From Flavobacteriales bacterium (GTDB lineage: Bacteria > Bacteroidota > Bacteroidia > Flavobacteriales > Flavobacteriaceae), in assembly GCA_004214175.1 (NCBI GenBank), contig SGZH01000002.1, forward strand, positions 1,826 to 65,825: DNA of 64,000 nt, read 5' to 3'. The translations under genes were made by a program, and so were the position numbers. The notes below the pieces were generated by a model. That model had not been told where the DNA came from. It saw only the letters and a list, made by a program, of their open reading frames with translations, and did not search any database. Positions 10,651 through 20,924 of this stretch are shown here, piece by piece; position 1 is the first letter of the stretch, and the number at the start of each line of letters is the position of its first letter.

Positions 10651-11775
10651 TTAGTTTATATATTTTCTATAAATCCTTTCGATGTTAAGAATATTATTCT
10701 CTATATTATAGTTAGATTTAAAAGATTCGAAAGCATTATGCTCAAATACTTTTCTCTTTTCATCATTATTATAAAGTGTAAAAATACGATTTGCCATAGT
10801 CTTTATATCATTTTCTTCAACAACATATCCATTTATTTCGTTTTTTACTAAATCTCTATTGCCATCAGTATTTGTAACAACACAGGCTTTTTTTAAGGCC
10901 AAAGACTCTATAATTGAGTATGGCAATCCTTCATATCTAGCCGTAGAGATATAAAATTTACTTTTCTTAATAATTTTAAAAATTTCACCTCGATATATCC
11001 AAGGCACTAACGTGATGTTTTGTTCAAGAGTGTATTTGTTTATTAATTTCTCAATATTTTTTTTATTTGGACTATACTCACCAACACCTAGTATTACAAG
11101 ATGAATTTTTGGTATTACTTTTTTTACCTCTCTAATAACTTCAACCATCATTTCAATATTTTTTTGAAATGATGGTCTCCCAACACTACAAATAAAATCA
11201 GAGGGGAGGCTAATGGAGATTTGATCATTGTCTAACTCGATAGGATTAATACTGTTATTAAATAAATTTGTATTCTTTCTTTTGTATCCAACATCATTTA
11301 TCCCCCTATTTAATTCAGACGGAGATGAGGCTACTAAGATTGAATTTATATTTTTGAAAAATTTTTCAATTACTAAAAAAATTTTTCTTTTTAATCCTTT
11401 TGGACTGCTTAAATAGGAATAAGCTTGTGGAGTGTGCAATACTTTTGTGTTAAAAAAAATAGAAGCAACTCTTCCAATAATACCCCCTTTAGCACTGTGT
11501 GCATGAATAATATCTGGGTTTTCAGCTTTTAATATTTTTATAGTATTATAAATTGCTTTAAAGTCATTTAGAGGTGAAATTTCACGCTGTATAGAAAGTT
11601 TATAGTCTATTAATTTTCGATGATCTTTATTAACAAAGTTTACTTTAGTATCATTTTGACCATGAACTATAATATGTTCAAATTGATTTGGATTACAATT
11701 CTCTAATATTAATCTCAAGGAAACATCAACTCCACCAACAGAATTTAGAATATGTGCTATTTTTATTTTTTTCAT
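10651..11775 (-). CDS. Glycosyltransferase family 4 (GT-B)
   Basis: HAHSAKGG, GRPSFQKN, YEGLPYSIIES (EX7E). Confidence 0.88.
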   Translation of the reverse strand: MKKIKIAHILNSVGGVDVSLRLILENCNPNQFEHIIVHGQNDTKVNFVNKDHRKLIDYKLSIQREISPLNDFKAIYNTIKILKAENPDIIHAHSAKGGIIGRVASIFFNTKVLHTPQAYSYLSSPKGLKRKIFLVIEKFFKNINSILVASSPSELNRGINDVGYKRKNTNLFNNSINPIELDNDQISISLPSDFICSVGRPSFQKNIEMMVEVIREVKKVIPKIHLVILGVGEYSPNKKNIEKLINKYTLEQNITLVPWIYRGEIFKIIKKSKFYISTARYEGLPYSIIESLALKKACVVTNTDGNRDLVKNEINGYVVEENDIKTMANRIFTLYNNDEKRKVFEHNAFESFKSNYNIENNILNIERIYRKYIN

Positions 11776-11796
11776 GGGTTTAATAATTCCTATGTG

Positions 11797-12993
11797 TTAT
11801 TTTGATTTATCTTTAAACAATATTAATATTAAAACCAACGCAAATATATAACCTCCTAATTGTCTATGAAAAAAGCTCTCTATAAAAGTGAATAGTAAAA
11901 GAGATATAAATAATGTCATTTTATAATAATAATATTTACTTTGAAAAAACAGTAGAGTATAAAGTATCAAAAAAAAGATTAACGCAATTAAACCGCTCGC
12001 TAAATAAAAATCTATAAATTGGTTATGGGGGTTAAATTGTTTTTTTATAAAATACTCTCTCTTTCTTGGGTCTTTTATAACTTCTCCATAACAATCTGTT
12101 AATTTCTCTTGTGCTTTGTAGAATCCAATACCTTTAAATAAATTAAAATTACTTTTTGTTATTAAATTATTACACTCCCAAATAACAACTCTTGGCTCCC
12201 ACTTCTTTACAAGCTCAATATAAGTTAGATTTTTTTCAGTATTATTGGTAAATAAGAAACGTTCTTGTAAATTTTTATTTAAATAAAATGAAATCATTAT
12301 TACTCCTATTATTCCAATAAAAAAAAAGAAATATTTATTTCTTTTTTTAGTGTAAAAAAGTTTTACAAAAAATAAAAGAAACAATAATATGATAGCAACT
12401 CTTGATGAAATTAGTAAAACAAAAATCACATTAATTGCAATATTAGTAAAATACCATTTGTTTAGAGGACTAAAGTTTCTCTCCATTAATCCTATAGAAA
12501 CAATAATACTTATAATGCAAAGAAACCCTAGGTATAATCTATCTACAATTAGCACCTCATCTACTATTGCGCCTGTAGCAAAGTTAAATTCTTCATTTGA
12601 CAAATAGAAAATATAGAGATTAAAAAGAGAAATTATTATCCCAATAAATACAGATATTATAATTGTTTTTTTAAGTTTATCCGTATTTTCAATTGGTATA
12701 TAGAGTACAATTAATAAAAAAGCGGAGATAATTTTTTGTATGATTGTAATATCATTTAAATAATCCTGGAACAATAAACTATTAGTTGATATGTAAAAAA
12801 TGAGTATACCAAATATGTATATATTTTTAGATTTTAATTTTAAAAAATCTTTTTTAGAAACTACAAATGGAAAAATAATCAGTAGGGTAATTAATATGAT
12901 ATTGGGAATTGCTGTTGCATACTTATCTAAAGGCAATACAAAAACAAAAAACAAAAATAAATACGGATAAATGCTTTTTAAAATTTCCTTCAT
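11797..12993 (-). CDS. O-antigen ligase/polymerase family membrane protein
   Basis: About 10-12 TM segments; SSRVA, EPRVVIW, GIG and FNPHNQFI (Wzy_C motifs). Confidence 0.8.
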   Translation of the reverse strand: MKEILKSIYPYLFLFFVFVLPLDKYATAIPNIILITLLIIFPFVVSKKDFLKLKSKNIYIFGILIFYISTNSLLFQDYLNDITIIQKIISAFLLIVLYIPIENTDKLKKTIIISVFIGIIISLFNLYIFYLSNEEFNFATGAIVDEVLIVDRLYLGFLCIISIIVSIGLMERNFSPLNKWYFTNIAINVIFVLLISSRVAIILLFLLFFVKLFYTKKRNKYFFFFIGIIGVIMISFYLNKNLQERFLFTNNTEKNLTYIELVKKWEPRVVIWECNNLITKSNFNLFKGIGFYKAQEKLTDCYGEVIKDPRKREYFIKKQFNPHNQFIDFYLASGLIALIFFLILYTLLFFQSKYYYYKMTLFISLLLFTFIESFFHRQLGGYIFALVLILILFKDKSK

Positions 12994-12995
12994 TT

Positions 12996-13793
12996 TTACT
13001 TTTTTAATAGTTTTTTAAATAAGGTTGTTATTCTTCTTGGGAACAACAATAAAATATAACCTCTGATTAACCCGTAAATTGGATAAACTCCAAAATAAAA
13101 ATGTTCTAAAACAACCTTTATTCTATTTTTAACTTGTAATTTTCTTTTTGTAGTTGAAATAGAGTTTGGATCAACAATATAATCAATTAATACCTCCGGA
13201 TAGTTTTCGCATTTAAAATGCTTTACGGCATTAAAAAAAAATGCATAATCTTGTGAAGCATGTCTATATTTATACGGATAATAACCTGTTTTTTTTAATA
13301 TATCAGCATAAAAAACTACTGTTGGATTACAGAACATACTATTCAAATACATTTTTTTCTTTATAATACTGGACTTTATGGGTAATTTTAAGTTATGTAA
13401 AAAATTACCTTTTTCATCAACAAAACGTGCCCAAGTTCCTAATAATTTTACTTTTGGGTTATCATTAAGATATTTTAATTGTTTTTTATATTTATTCTCG
13501 TAACACAAATCTCCACAATCAAGTCTGCCAATTAAAAGATAATTTAACTTTTGAATCTTTTCAAACCCTTTATTTGCTGCAACACCTACTCCAGAGTTTT
13601 CGTTTAGATATTCAAAAAATATTTTTCCATTAGTATAAAGAGAATTTATATGATTCTCTTCAAACTTAATTGTACTACCATCATCAACAATTATAAGGTC
13701 TACATTAAAAGGTTCATTAATCGATAATATAGAATCTTCTAATCCCTTTGGATTATTATAATGTGCAATCAATATTATTAAGTCACTTTTCAT
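12996..13793 (-). CDS. Glycosyltransferase family 2
   Basis: IVDDGS, NSGVGVAAN, RLDCGD, SQDY. Confidence 0.88.
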   Translation of the reverse strand: MKSDLIILIAHYNNPKGLEDSILSINEPFNVDLIIVDDGSTIKFEENHINSLYTNGKIFFEYLNENSGVGVAANKGFEKIQKLNYLLIGRLDCGDLCYENKYKKQLKYLNDNPKVKLLGTWARFVDEKGNFLHNLKLPIKSSIIKKKMYLNSMFCNPTVVFYADILKKTGYYPYKYRHASQDYAFFFNAVKHFKCENYPEVLIDYIVDPNSISTTKRKLQVKNRIKVVLEHFYFGVYPIYGLIRGYILLLFPRRITTLFKKLLKK

Positions 13794-13800
13794 AAGGTTG

Positions 13801-15102
13801 TTAAGAAATAAATGTTTTTATTTTATCTTTCTTATACGAATATATTATAGCAAATATGTTCCAAAATAATATACTAAAAGCTGTAGCAAATGCTGCACCT
13901 ATCATACCAAAAACTGGAATACAAATCCAATTTAGAATTACATTTACAATCAACCCAATAAATAAAAACTGATTTAGTTTATTTTGTTTTCCTGTCATAT
14001 TCATATAAATCGCTATAGGTCCGCTTAATGATCTAAAAAATTGTCCTAATAATAATATCCACAGTGCTTTTTTAGCCACTATAAAATGCTCACCGAATAA
14101 GCTTAATATAAATTCAGAGAAAATAAATAAAAATAAAATAGCGGGGATGCTAAACAAGATTATTAATCGAGAGCTTTTCTTTACAATTGTTTTTAATGAT
14201 GCAAAATCATTATTAGAGTAGAATTCGGCGATTTTTGGACCTGCAATGATGTTTACAGACAATAATACTAATGATGTGATAGTTGCGATTTTTACAGCTG
14301 ATGCATAATAGGCTACTGTTTCAAAATCTGAAAATTTTCCTAATAAAATTATGTCAACACTCTGCATCAAGAAGTAAGAAATAGAACTTAATGCCATTGG
14401 GAATGATCTTTTAAAAATAGCTTTGTAAGAGTAAGGTTGTTTTATATAATCATTATTGTAATTCTTAAACACATTGTAAACTCGATATGAGCTTGAAATA
14501 GCTAGTATAAAAAAACTGAATAAAAATGCTTGAGTTAACCAAAATGTTTGATGAGTCAAAAAAAGAATGATAGCCAAAACTAAAAAAGAAATATGCCGGT
14601 AAATATTTCGATATAACTCTGAAAAAAGAGGTTTTTGCAACGCTCTTAATGTATCGATATTTAATAGTGTTATTGCAAAGGCAGCAATTGACAAAGTTAT
14701 TTTTAATAATAATTGTGATGTACCTGACTTATTAAAAAATAAATTAATTAAGGAGTTGGGGATAATTAAAAAAAACAGTACTATTATAGTTGATGAAGTA
14801 AAAATCATCATCATCATTTTTTTATAGACTCTTTTTAGTTCACCTAACTTATTTTTAGCCTTTAAAACACCCGAATAAAATATGATAGCTTGGTCGGTCC
14901 CAAGTAGACATATTCCTCCTAATATTAATAATAACGACCTTGTAAAGTCATATTTACCAACTTCTTCAGTTGGAAAATTATTTGTTAAAAATAAAGTCAA
15001 TGAAAAAAATAAAATAACCCCACCAACTCTGAGTAAAAGTACCTTAAGGCTTTTACTTACAAATCTATCTTTTAAAAATATTATGAGTTTATTTTTTATC
15101 AA
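13801..15102 (-). CDS. Polysaccharide flippase (Wzx/MATE-like)
   Basis: About 12 TM segments; VDIILLG, YYASAVK, LNWICIPVFGMIGAAFAT; located in a glycan locus. Confidence 0.82.
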   Translation of the reverse strand: MIKNKLIIFLKDRFVSKSLKVLLLRVGGVILFFSLTLFLTNNFPTEEVGKYDFTRSLLLILGGICLLGTDQAIIFYSGVLKAKNKLGELKRVYKKMMMMIFTSSTIIVLFFLIIPNSLINLFFNKSGTSQLLLKITLSIAAFAITLLNIDTLRALQKPLFSELYRNIYRHISFLVLAIILFLTHQTFWLTQAFLFSFFILAISSSYRVYNVFKNYNNDYIKQPYSYKAIFKRSFPMALSSISYFLMQSVDIILLGKFSDFETVAYYASAVKIATITSLVLLSVNIIAGPKIAEFYSNNDFASLKTIVKKSSRLIILFSIPAILFLFIFSEFILSLFGEHFIVAKKALWILLLGQFFRSLSGPIAIYMNMTGKQNKLNQFLFIGLIVNVILNWICIPVFGMIGAAFATAFSILFWNIFAIIYSYKKDKIKTFIS

Positions 15103-16504
15103 TTTTAAATTTTATATTTCTAGTTAAAATTAATAATAGCGCAAAGTTGATCCAAAATCCAAAAACTCTTATGGTATCCATTTTAAACCAATTCATTATA
15201 AAACCAGCCATTGATATAAGTAGAACCATAGCGAGTATTGAATCTTGATTTTTTAATTTAAAAAGGCTAAAACATGTATGTAAAATAAATAAAATCCAAG
15301 AGGTAAATAAAACAAATCCAACGATTCCTGTTTCCGCCAAAATTCTTATAAATAAATTGTATCCAGGAGGGAAAGCAGGGTGTTCCGGATTTAGATATTT
15401 AATTTTAAACTCCCAATTATTGTAAGTAGACCAAGGGGGAAGATTTTTTATCATTTCATAAGTTTGTTGCCCATAACCTACGCCAGAAATAGGATTGTCT
15501 ATAAAAACTTGAAATAATGCATATTGTATACCAAATCTTGATTTATTTGAAACGGCATGGGTGCTATCATATATTTTGAATGAAGTAATTTTTTCTTTTA
15601 AGTAATCTGAGATCTCAGGACCTTTTATTATTCCAATTATTAGAGTTATAAAAGCAAAACCTGTTGCCAATCTTAATAATAATTGATGGTATTTCTTAAT
15701 ATTATATAATAATAAAAGAAACACTAAAACTTGGACTCCAATAATAATTAAACCAGATCTTGAACCAGAAAATAAAGCTAAAATTAATATCATTATTGAC
15801 GGAATAAATCTCTTTAATCCTTTTTCAGTAATAATGTAGCTAAACATCCATCCAGAGATGGTTAATAAATAAGTTGCTAGTGCTGGTGGTTCATATGTTA
15901 CAGAGGAAATTCTTTCTCCATTTGGATCAATATATACATTTGTAAAAGGGAAATAATCAAATAAAAGTAAAGCGCTTCTTAGAGCTTTAATATTGAACTT
16001 AACTATTAATATTTCCATAAAACCATAGGCAAAAACAACCAGTAAAGAAGCTAAGAATACCTTTCTAATTTTATTAAATATTTCAACGTTAGTGTATCTA
16101 CTCATTACATTATAATAAGTTACTAGTAGTATTACAGAAGACAAAATCAAAACAGCGTATTGTCTAATAAACCTGTTAACTCCAGAGGTATACTTAAAAT
16201 TATAATGAATTATATTATGAGTATTTAGTAATGTAGAAATAAAAAACCAAAACACTATAATCAATAATAAAAAAAATAGTGGGTTTTTAAAAGGAATTCT
16301 AATTTTTTGAGAGAATAAAACAGCTATTAAAAGAAGAAGAAATACAATAATAAAAAAGAAAAAACTAGCTTCTTTTTTAAATTCTCCTAAAAAAGATAAC
16401 CCTTCAAAAGAACTAAACGGTATAAAAAAAACGCCTAAAAAAAAAAGTAAAGCAATTACCTTTTCTAATGTAAACTTTTTATTGTAAAAAGAGGTCTTCA
16501 ACAC
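15089..16504 (-). CDS. Second O-antigen ligase/polymerase family protein
   Basis: Multi-TM; RISSVTYEP, SGSRSG, SNKSR, NPISGVGYG, YNLFIRILAETGIVG. Confidence 0.8.
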   Translation of the reverse strand: MLKTSFYNKKFTLEKVIALLFFLGVFFIPFSSFEGLSFLGEFKKEASFFFFIIVFLLLLIAVLFSQKIRIPFKNPLFFLLLIIVFWFFISTLLNTHNIIHYNFKYTSGVNRFIRQYAVLILSSVILLVTYYNVMSRYTNVEIFNKIRKVFLASLLVVFAYGFMEILIVKFNIKALRSALLLFDYFPFTNVYIDPNGERISSVTYEPPALATYLLTISGWMFSYIITEKGLKRFIPSIMILILALFSGSRSGLIIIGVQVLVFLLLLYNIKKYHQLLLRLATGFAFITLIIGIIKGPEISDYLKEKITSFKIYDSTHAVSNKSRFGIQYALFQVFIDNPISGVGYGQQTYEMIKNLPPWSTYNNWEFKIKYLNPEHPAFPPGYNLFIRILAETGIVGFVLFTSWILFILHTCFSLFKLKNQDSILAMVLLISMAGFIMNWFKMDTIRVFGFWINFALLLILTRNIKFKIDKK

Positions 16505-16519
16505 TATTGCAATATTTTC

Positions 16520-17506
16520 TTAATTATATAACTCAGAATTTTTGCTTTCAACCATTTTTTTTACTTTTTTAAATTGATATTTTAAATACGAATAAATTAA
16601 AAAAGCAACTAAAAAATATAGCGGTATAGAATTCTGGCCTAAAGGAAAAAATTTATCCTTAGGATGTAGTGAGGGATTGTTCATAACAGTAACTATATTA
16701 TCATACTTAACAATCTCTGTTTTCATTATTTCTCTAAGTTTAAGAGCTCCTGATTTTTTCTCCATTAATAAACCCATATCCATAATGCCACTTCCTGTAG
16801 ATATATAAATATCTTCAGGTTTAGAATTAACTGAAGACTTCTCAGAAATTGAGCTCATAACGTTGTTAATACCTTCAATAGTTATATTAAGCTCTTTAAT
16901 TTGATCTTTAGTATCCTCAATAACTACAGCTTTTATCTCATTAAATTTTGAATTGCTATTCAAGTAATTTATCAAATTTTGAATAACTTCATCATTAGCA
17001 TCACTAGTGGTACTTAAAAATATCTTATGATATTTATAATCTGTAAAAAAAACTTCAGAGGTTAATAATTCATCCTCAAAATCTGCTTTTTCTAATAAAG
17101 GTTCAATAGCCCGATAATTATACATTGTTTTTTCAAGGAGTTCAAGAATATTAACAATGGGCTCTATTTCAATCTCAGTAATTAATCCTTCATGATTAAA
17201 TCCTATTTGCTCTAAATAAGAATTGTCATCTAATTTATAATTTAATAAATTTAATGCATTGTAAACATAGCTAGTGCTTTTAAAGTTAGTTTGAATAATA
17301 ATTGTAGTTGTTTTTTCATGCTTAATATTTTTTTCATAAAGATATCCTGAAGCAATACCCAAGATTAAAATTATTCCTATCACCCACCATTTCTTAATTA
17401 AAAACTGAATAGCATAATAAAGACGTATTAGTAGGTTGTTAAAACTATTTTTTAGACTAGTAAATATTATTCCTAAATCTATTTCGTCTGCATTAGATTG
17501 TGACAT
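16520..17506 (-). CDS. Wzz-like chain-length regulator/polysaccharide co-polymerase
   Basis: N-terminal DEIDLG, two terminal TM helices flanking a coiled periplasmic region. Confidence 0.6.
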   Translation of the reverse strand: MSQSNADEIDLGIIFTSLKNSFNNLLIRLYYAIQFLIKKWWVIGIILILGIASGYLYEKNIKHEKTTTIIIQTNFKSTSYVYNALNLLNYKLDDNSYLEQIGFNHEGLITEIEIEPIVNILELLEKTMYNYRAIEPLLEKADFEDELLTSEVFFTDYKYHKIFLSTTSDANDEVIQNLINYLNSNSKFNEIKAVVIEDTKDQIKELNITIEGINNVMSSISEKSSVNSKPEDIYISTGSGIMDMGLLMEKKSGALKLREIMKTEIVKYDNIVTVMNNPSLHPKDKFFPLGQNSIPLYFLVAFLIYSYLKYQFKKVKKMVESKNSELYN

Positions 17507-17568
17507 AAGTGATTGTTTTTAGTTATCAATTATTACGCTTAGTAAAACTAATAACATATTTTTTTGAG

Positions 17569-17576
17569 CAAAAGTA
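17569..17576 (-). promoter_or_regulatory. -7 promoter element TACTTTTG in front of the Wzz-like...wcaJ gene run
   Basis: caaaagta on + strand within the 147-bp gap at 17507-17653. Confidence 0.55.
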
Positions 17577-17653
17577 TAACTTTTACACTATAATTAAGAT
17601 AAAATATAATTGAATTGGTTGCGTTACAGTACTATTTGATTATTATTATTGTT

Positions 17654-19462
17654 TTAAAGAGCAATAAAAACACTGTTATTAATCTCTGATTTTGATTCCC
17701 AGTTAAGAATTGCTGAATTAGGGTTTGCAATTCCAATGATTACTTTAAAATGATTTGTTTTTGGTTTCACTTTTAAAGAACACTGGTACCATCCCTCTGA
17801 TAATTTTTTTATACTTGCATGACCATTATTAAAGTCATCTGTATTTTCAATTCCTTTGACATTACCGTTTAAAACATCAAAAACAGCATCAATTCTACTT
17901 GGATATTCACCCTGAATTCGTATTGCAAATAAATGACTGGTTTTTGAAGCCTTTACAATAAAACTTGCACTATAATCTTCAATAAAATCAGTATTTACAT
18001 ATTTTGTAATACCATAAGAAATATAAGAAGTGTCTATTCTTTTGAGGTTAAAAATAGTATCTCCCTTATAAGTTTTAGTTAAAGGCAACAAATCTAGATT
18101 TGAAAGTTTCCATTTAGAATAATTACTTGGCTTTATTTTGATAGACTCATTAATTATAGTACTAGGTGTTGCATATAATGATTTTAATTTTTCTGTTTCT
18201 TTTCTTATAATCTCTTGATTCTTGGCTAATATATTCTTACTTATATTTAGATTTTTTGAATCAAATTCTTTTTTTAATAGAATGTTAAAATAATTTGTTT
18301 CTTTTTGATTACTTCTTATGATATTATTTAAATAACCTTTTTTTGATACTTTTTCTAATGCCTTAATTAATTCCTGAAAATATAGGGTATCTCTTTTTTT
18401 GTTAGCAAAAAGAAAATGATGGTATTTATCAATTTCTTGTCCAGAGTTACCATCAAATGATATGGGCTCTAATTTTGAAGTTATTGGGTTGTAATAAAAC
18501 CTAAGATTAATAATGTAGCCGCCATGGAAGGCTCCGAATAAATTAGACAGTGCATTATGCATTGCTAATTGTTTAGTATTAAACACTTGACTTATACTAT
18601 AATTATTTTTTCTAAATTCTTCTAAAATATTTTTACTAAAATCAAAATAATTGTATAATAATGAGTCTTCCAGTACCTTTGATTCAGAAAAAACTCTTAT
18701 GGGATATTTCCATATTCCTTCTTTTTCTGATTTAAATTTATCCCATCTTAAACCAGATTTTTTGCCTACAGCAATTCTTTTCTTTATGTCACTCCACCAG
18801 TTTTCTTCTGAGAATTTAAGTATAACACTTTCTTTTCGTCCATTATTTTCTATTAATCGTTTATCAAAAGTTTCTTCAATGGCATAAATACCTAGATTCT
18901 GACTAATGTAGCCGGATTTATCTTCTTTTTTAATAATCATTGCTCCTTCAACAAAACCATAACGCAATCCTATTAAGCCTTCTTTTTTGTTTGTTTTCTG
19001 ATAAACCCATTCATTAATAAATCCTCTTGTGATTGGATGATGTATAGAGAATTTTTTCATCCCCTGTATAGTTTTATCTCCCTTTAATTTTATTCTAAAA
19101 GACCATTTATCCCCTATTAGATGATCTATCCAGTCACCTTTTAGACGAATATCTGCTTTGTACTTTTTGCCATTATATCGTAAAGTTGCTGACACATATT
19201 TCTTCTCTTTTGCACTAATAACACCTATACTTAGTGCTCTGTCTCTATATTTTTTTAATTTGTTGTAATTTTTTTCAGATAAGTTGATTTCAATAAAATT
19301 CAAAGTTGTTTTTTGTGATACTGAAAAATATTCTTTCTCATCTTTATCAATTTTTGTTGTTTCATATACGGGAGGATTCCCATAAAATATTAAAATGAAA
19401 ACCATTAAGATTAAGCTAGATATCAGTATGTAACTGATTGTGTTTGATGATTTAACTTTCAT
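17654..19462 (-). CDS. Membrane-anchored CotH-like kinase with an additional C-terminal beta-rich domain
   Basis: N-terminal TM anchor; IRLKGDWIDH..KWSFRIKLKG, GIYAIEE, NLRFYYNPITSKLEPISFDG resemble CotH-family kinase motifs. Confidence 0.7.
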   Translation of the reverse strand: MKVKSSNTISYILISSLILMVFILIFYGNPPVYETTKIDKDEKEYFSVSQKTTLNFIEINLSEKNYNKLKKYRDRALSIGVISAKEKKYVSATLRYNGKKYKADIRLKGDWIDHLIGDKWSFRIKLKGDKTIQGMKKFSIHHPITRGFINEWVYQKTNKKEGLIGLRYGFVEGAMIIKKEDKSGYISQNLGIYAIEETFDKRLIENNGRKESVILKFSEENWWSDIKKRIAVGKKSGLRWDKFKSEKEGIWKYPIRVFSESKVLEDSLLYNYFDFSKNILEEFRKNNYSISQVFNTKQLAMHNALSNLFGAFHGGYIINLRFYYNPITSKLEPISFDGNSGQEIDKYHHFLFANKKRDTLYFQELIKALEKVSKKGYLNNIIRSNQKETNYFNILLKKEFDSKNLNISKNILAKNQEIIRKETEKLKSLYATPSTIINESIKIKPSNYSKWKLSNLDLLPLTKTYKGDTIFNLKRIDTSYISYGITKYVNTDFIEDYSASFIVKASKTSHLFAIRIQGEYPSRIDAVFDVLNGNVKGIENTDDFNNGHASIKKLSEGWYQCSLKVKPKTNHFKVIIGIANPNSAILNWESKSEINNSVFIAL

Positions 19463-20155
19463 TTAGTAAGCTTCTATAAAACTAAATTGAATGCTCCCAA
19501 TCTTTTTCAATTCAGTTTTAGCTTCTAGAATGTTTTGTAAGCTATTAAACTCAACACTGAAGGAAAGTTCTGTTGTCGAGTTTACCTCGTCTAAGCGACG
19601 CAAATCTACTCTTGAGCAATATTTTTTCAAAACATCTATAATCTCTTTTTCGTTTAATTTTGAATTGGAAGTGTTCGAAACCATCACTATTAAGTTTTGC
19701 AAAACTTCCTGTTTTTCCGAATTTATATTTTGAATTATTATATAAATAATTATAATTACTACTCCAACCAAAGTCAAGAGACGTTGATTAGCTCCCATAC
19801 CAAGTCCAATCGCTATCGCTATAAAGAAATAAACTAATTCTTCAGGTTCTTTTATTGCGGTTCTGAACCTTACAATAGATAATGCTCCAACCAAACCTAA
19901 CGATAAAGCGAGTGATGATTTTACTATTGTAATTACGATCATTACTGTTATAGCCATTAAAACAAAAGTTTGTTTTAATTTCTTTCGATTGGATAGAGAG
20001 CTTCCGTATTTTGTATATATAAGGCCCAGAATATATGCAAGAATTATTGTAATAAAAATATTTATTAAGAATTCTGTTGGGGAAGTGTCACCGATTGAAA
20101 ATTGATTGGCTAATTGATTTAAAAAGGTCTTAGAGTTGCTCTGAAGTGTTATCAT
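19463..20155 (-). CDS. DUF4956 domain membrane protein
   Basis: IVKSSLALSLGLVGALSIVRFRTAIKEPEELVYFFIAIAIGLGMG signature, followed by a soluble C-terminal domain. Confidence 0.85.
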   Translation of the reverse strand: MITLQSNSKTFLNQLANQFSIGDTSPTEFLINIFITIILAYILGLIYTKYGSSLSNRKKLKQTFVLMAITVMIVITIVKSSLALSLGLVGALSIVRFRTAIKEPEELVYFFIAIAIGLGMGANQRLLTLVGVVIIIIYIIIQNINSEKQEVLQNLIVMVSNTSNSKLNEKEIIDVLKKYCSRVDLRRLDEVNSTTELSFSVEFNSLQNILEAKTELKKIGSIQFSFIEAY

Positions 20156-20165
20156 GATTATTTTA

Positions 20166-20903
20166 TTATTGTGGAAATTGCTTTATGGTATTTACGCCAT
20201 TTACATATTTTGAATTTTTATTAATTCTAAAGGGGAATTGTGTAGAGATTTGTTGAGCGCATTTATCGTCTTCAATATTATATTTTAATTCAACAATTTT
20301 ATTTTCATCTTTTGTTGGTGCAATATTAAAATTATTAAACTTTTTATCAATTCCATAATATACTAAATTAAAATCTACTGTAATTCTAAATTTATTGTTG
20401 GCTGATAAATAATATTTTCTAGAATAAGAGTTAAGTAAAGAAGGGGTTACTAATCTTGTAGACTCTAAAATAGGTAATGGTATATCAGACTCTTTAAAAA
20501 TCTTTTGAATTCTAACCGATGTAAAGTTATTATCTAAAGTGAAGGGGGTTAGTTGATATGACCATTTGTCTCCTACTAATCCTTTTTTAATCTTAATTTC
20601 TAATACCGGATTTTTAATAACTCCAAAGGTCTCTCCATACCAGCGTATTCTGATTTTCTTTCTTTCAGAAACGCCTAATACATTATCAAAATAGTCATTA
20701 TAACCAGCGCTATCAAAATAAATATTATTAACTTGTCTTTGATGGTAAACTTCTCTAAATAGATATTTATTTTTCTTTACTGTTGCTTCGATTCTACTTG
20801 TTTTATAATTATCTGGAACTGTAAATTTTCGTTCATACCTATAATTATGTTTAGGGTTTATATAATGTATAATACTTTCTTCTTTTAAAGGTTTATAAGT
20901 CAT
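20166..20903 (-). CDS. VTC (polyphosphate polymerase) domain protein, CYTH/TTM fold
   Basis: RYERKF, NNIYFD, RKKIRIRWYG, LEIKIK, FRITVD, IVELKY, SKYVNG. Confidence 0.85.
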   Translation of the reverse strand: MTYKPLKEESIIHYINPKHNYRYERKFTVPDNYKTSRIEATVKKNKYLFREVYHQRQVNNIYFDSAGYNDYFDNVLGVSERKKIRIRWYGETFGVIKNPVLEIKIKKGLVGDKWSYQLTPFTLDNNFTSVRIQKIFKESDIPLPILESTRLVTPSLLNSYSRKYYLSANNKFRITVDFNLVYYGIDKKFNNFNIAPTKDENKIVELKYNIEDDKCAQQISTQFPFRINKNSKYVNGVNTIKQFPQ

Positions 20904-20924
20904 ATTATTTTTAAATATCTCTTT

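Noticed and set aside
16437-16446. A10 tract near the 5' end of the O-antigen polymerase-like gene as a phase-variation switch
   Set aside because: The frame is intact, and similar A/T runs occur in housekeeping genes (e.g. 53762-53771) of this AT-rich genome.
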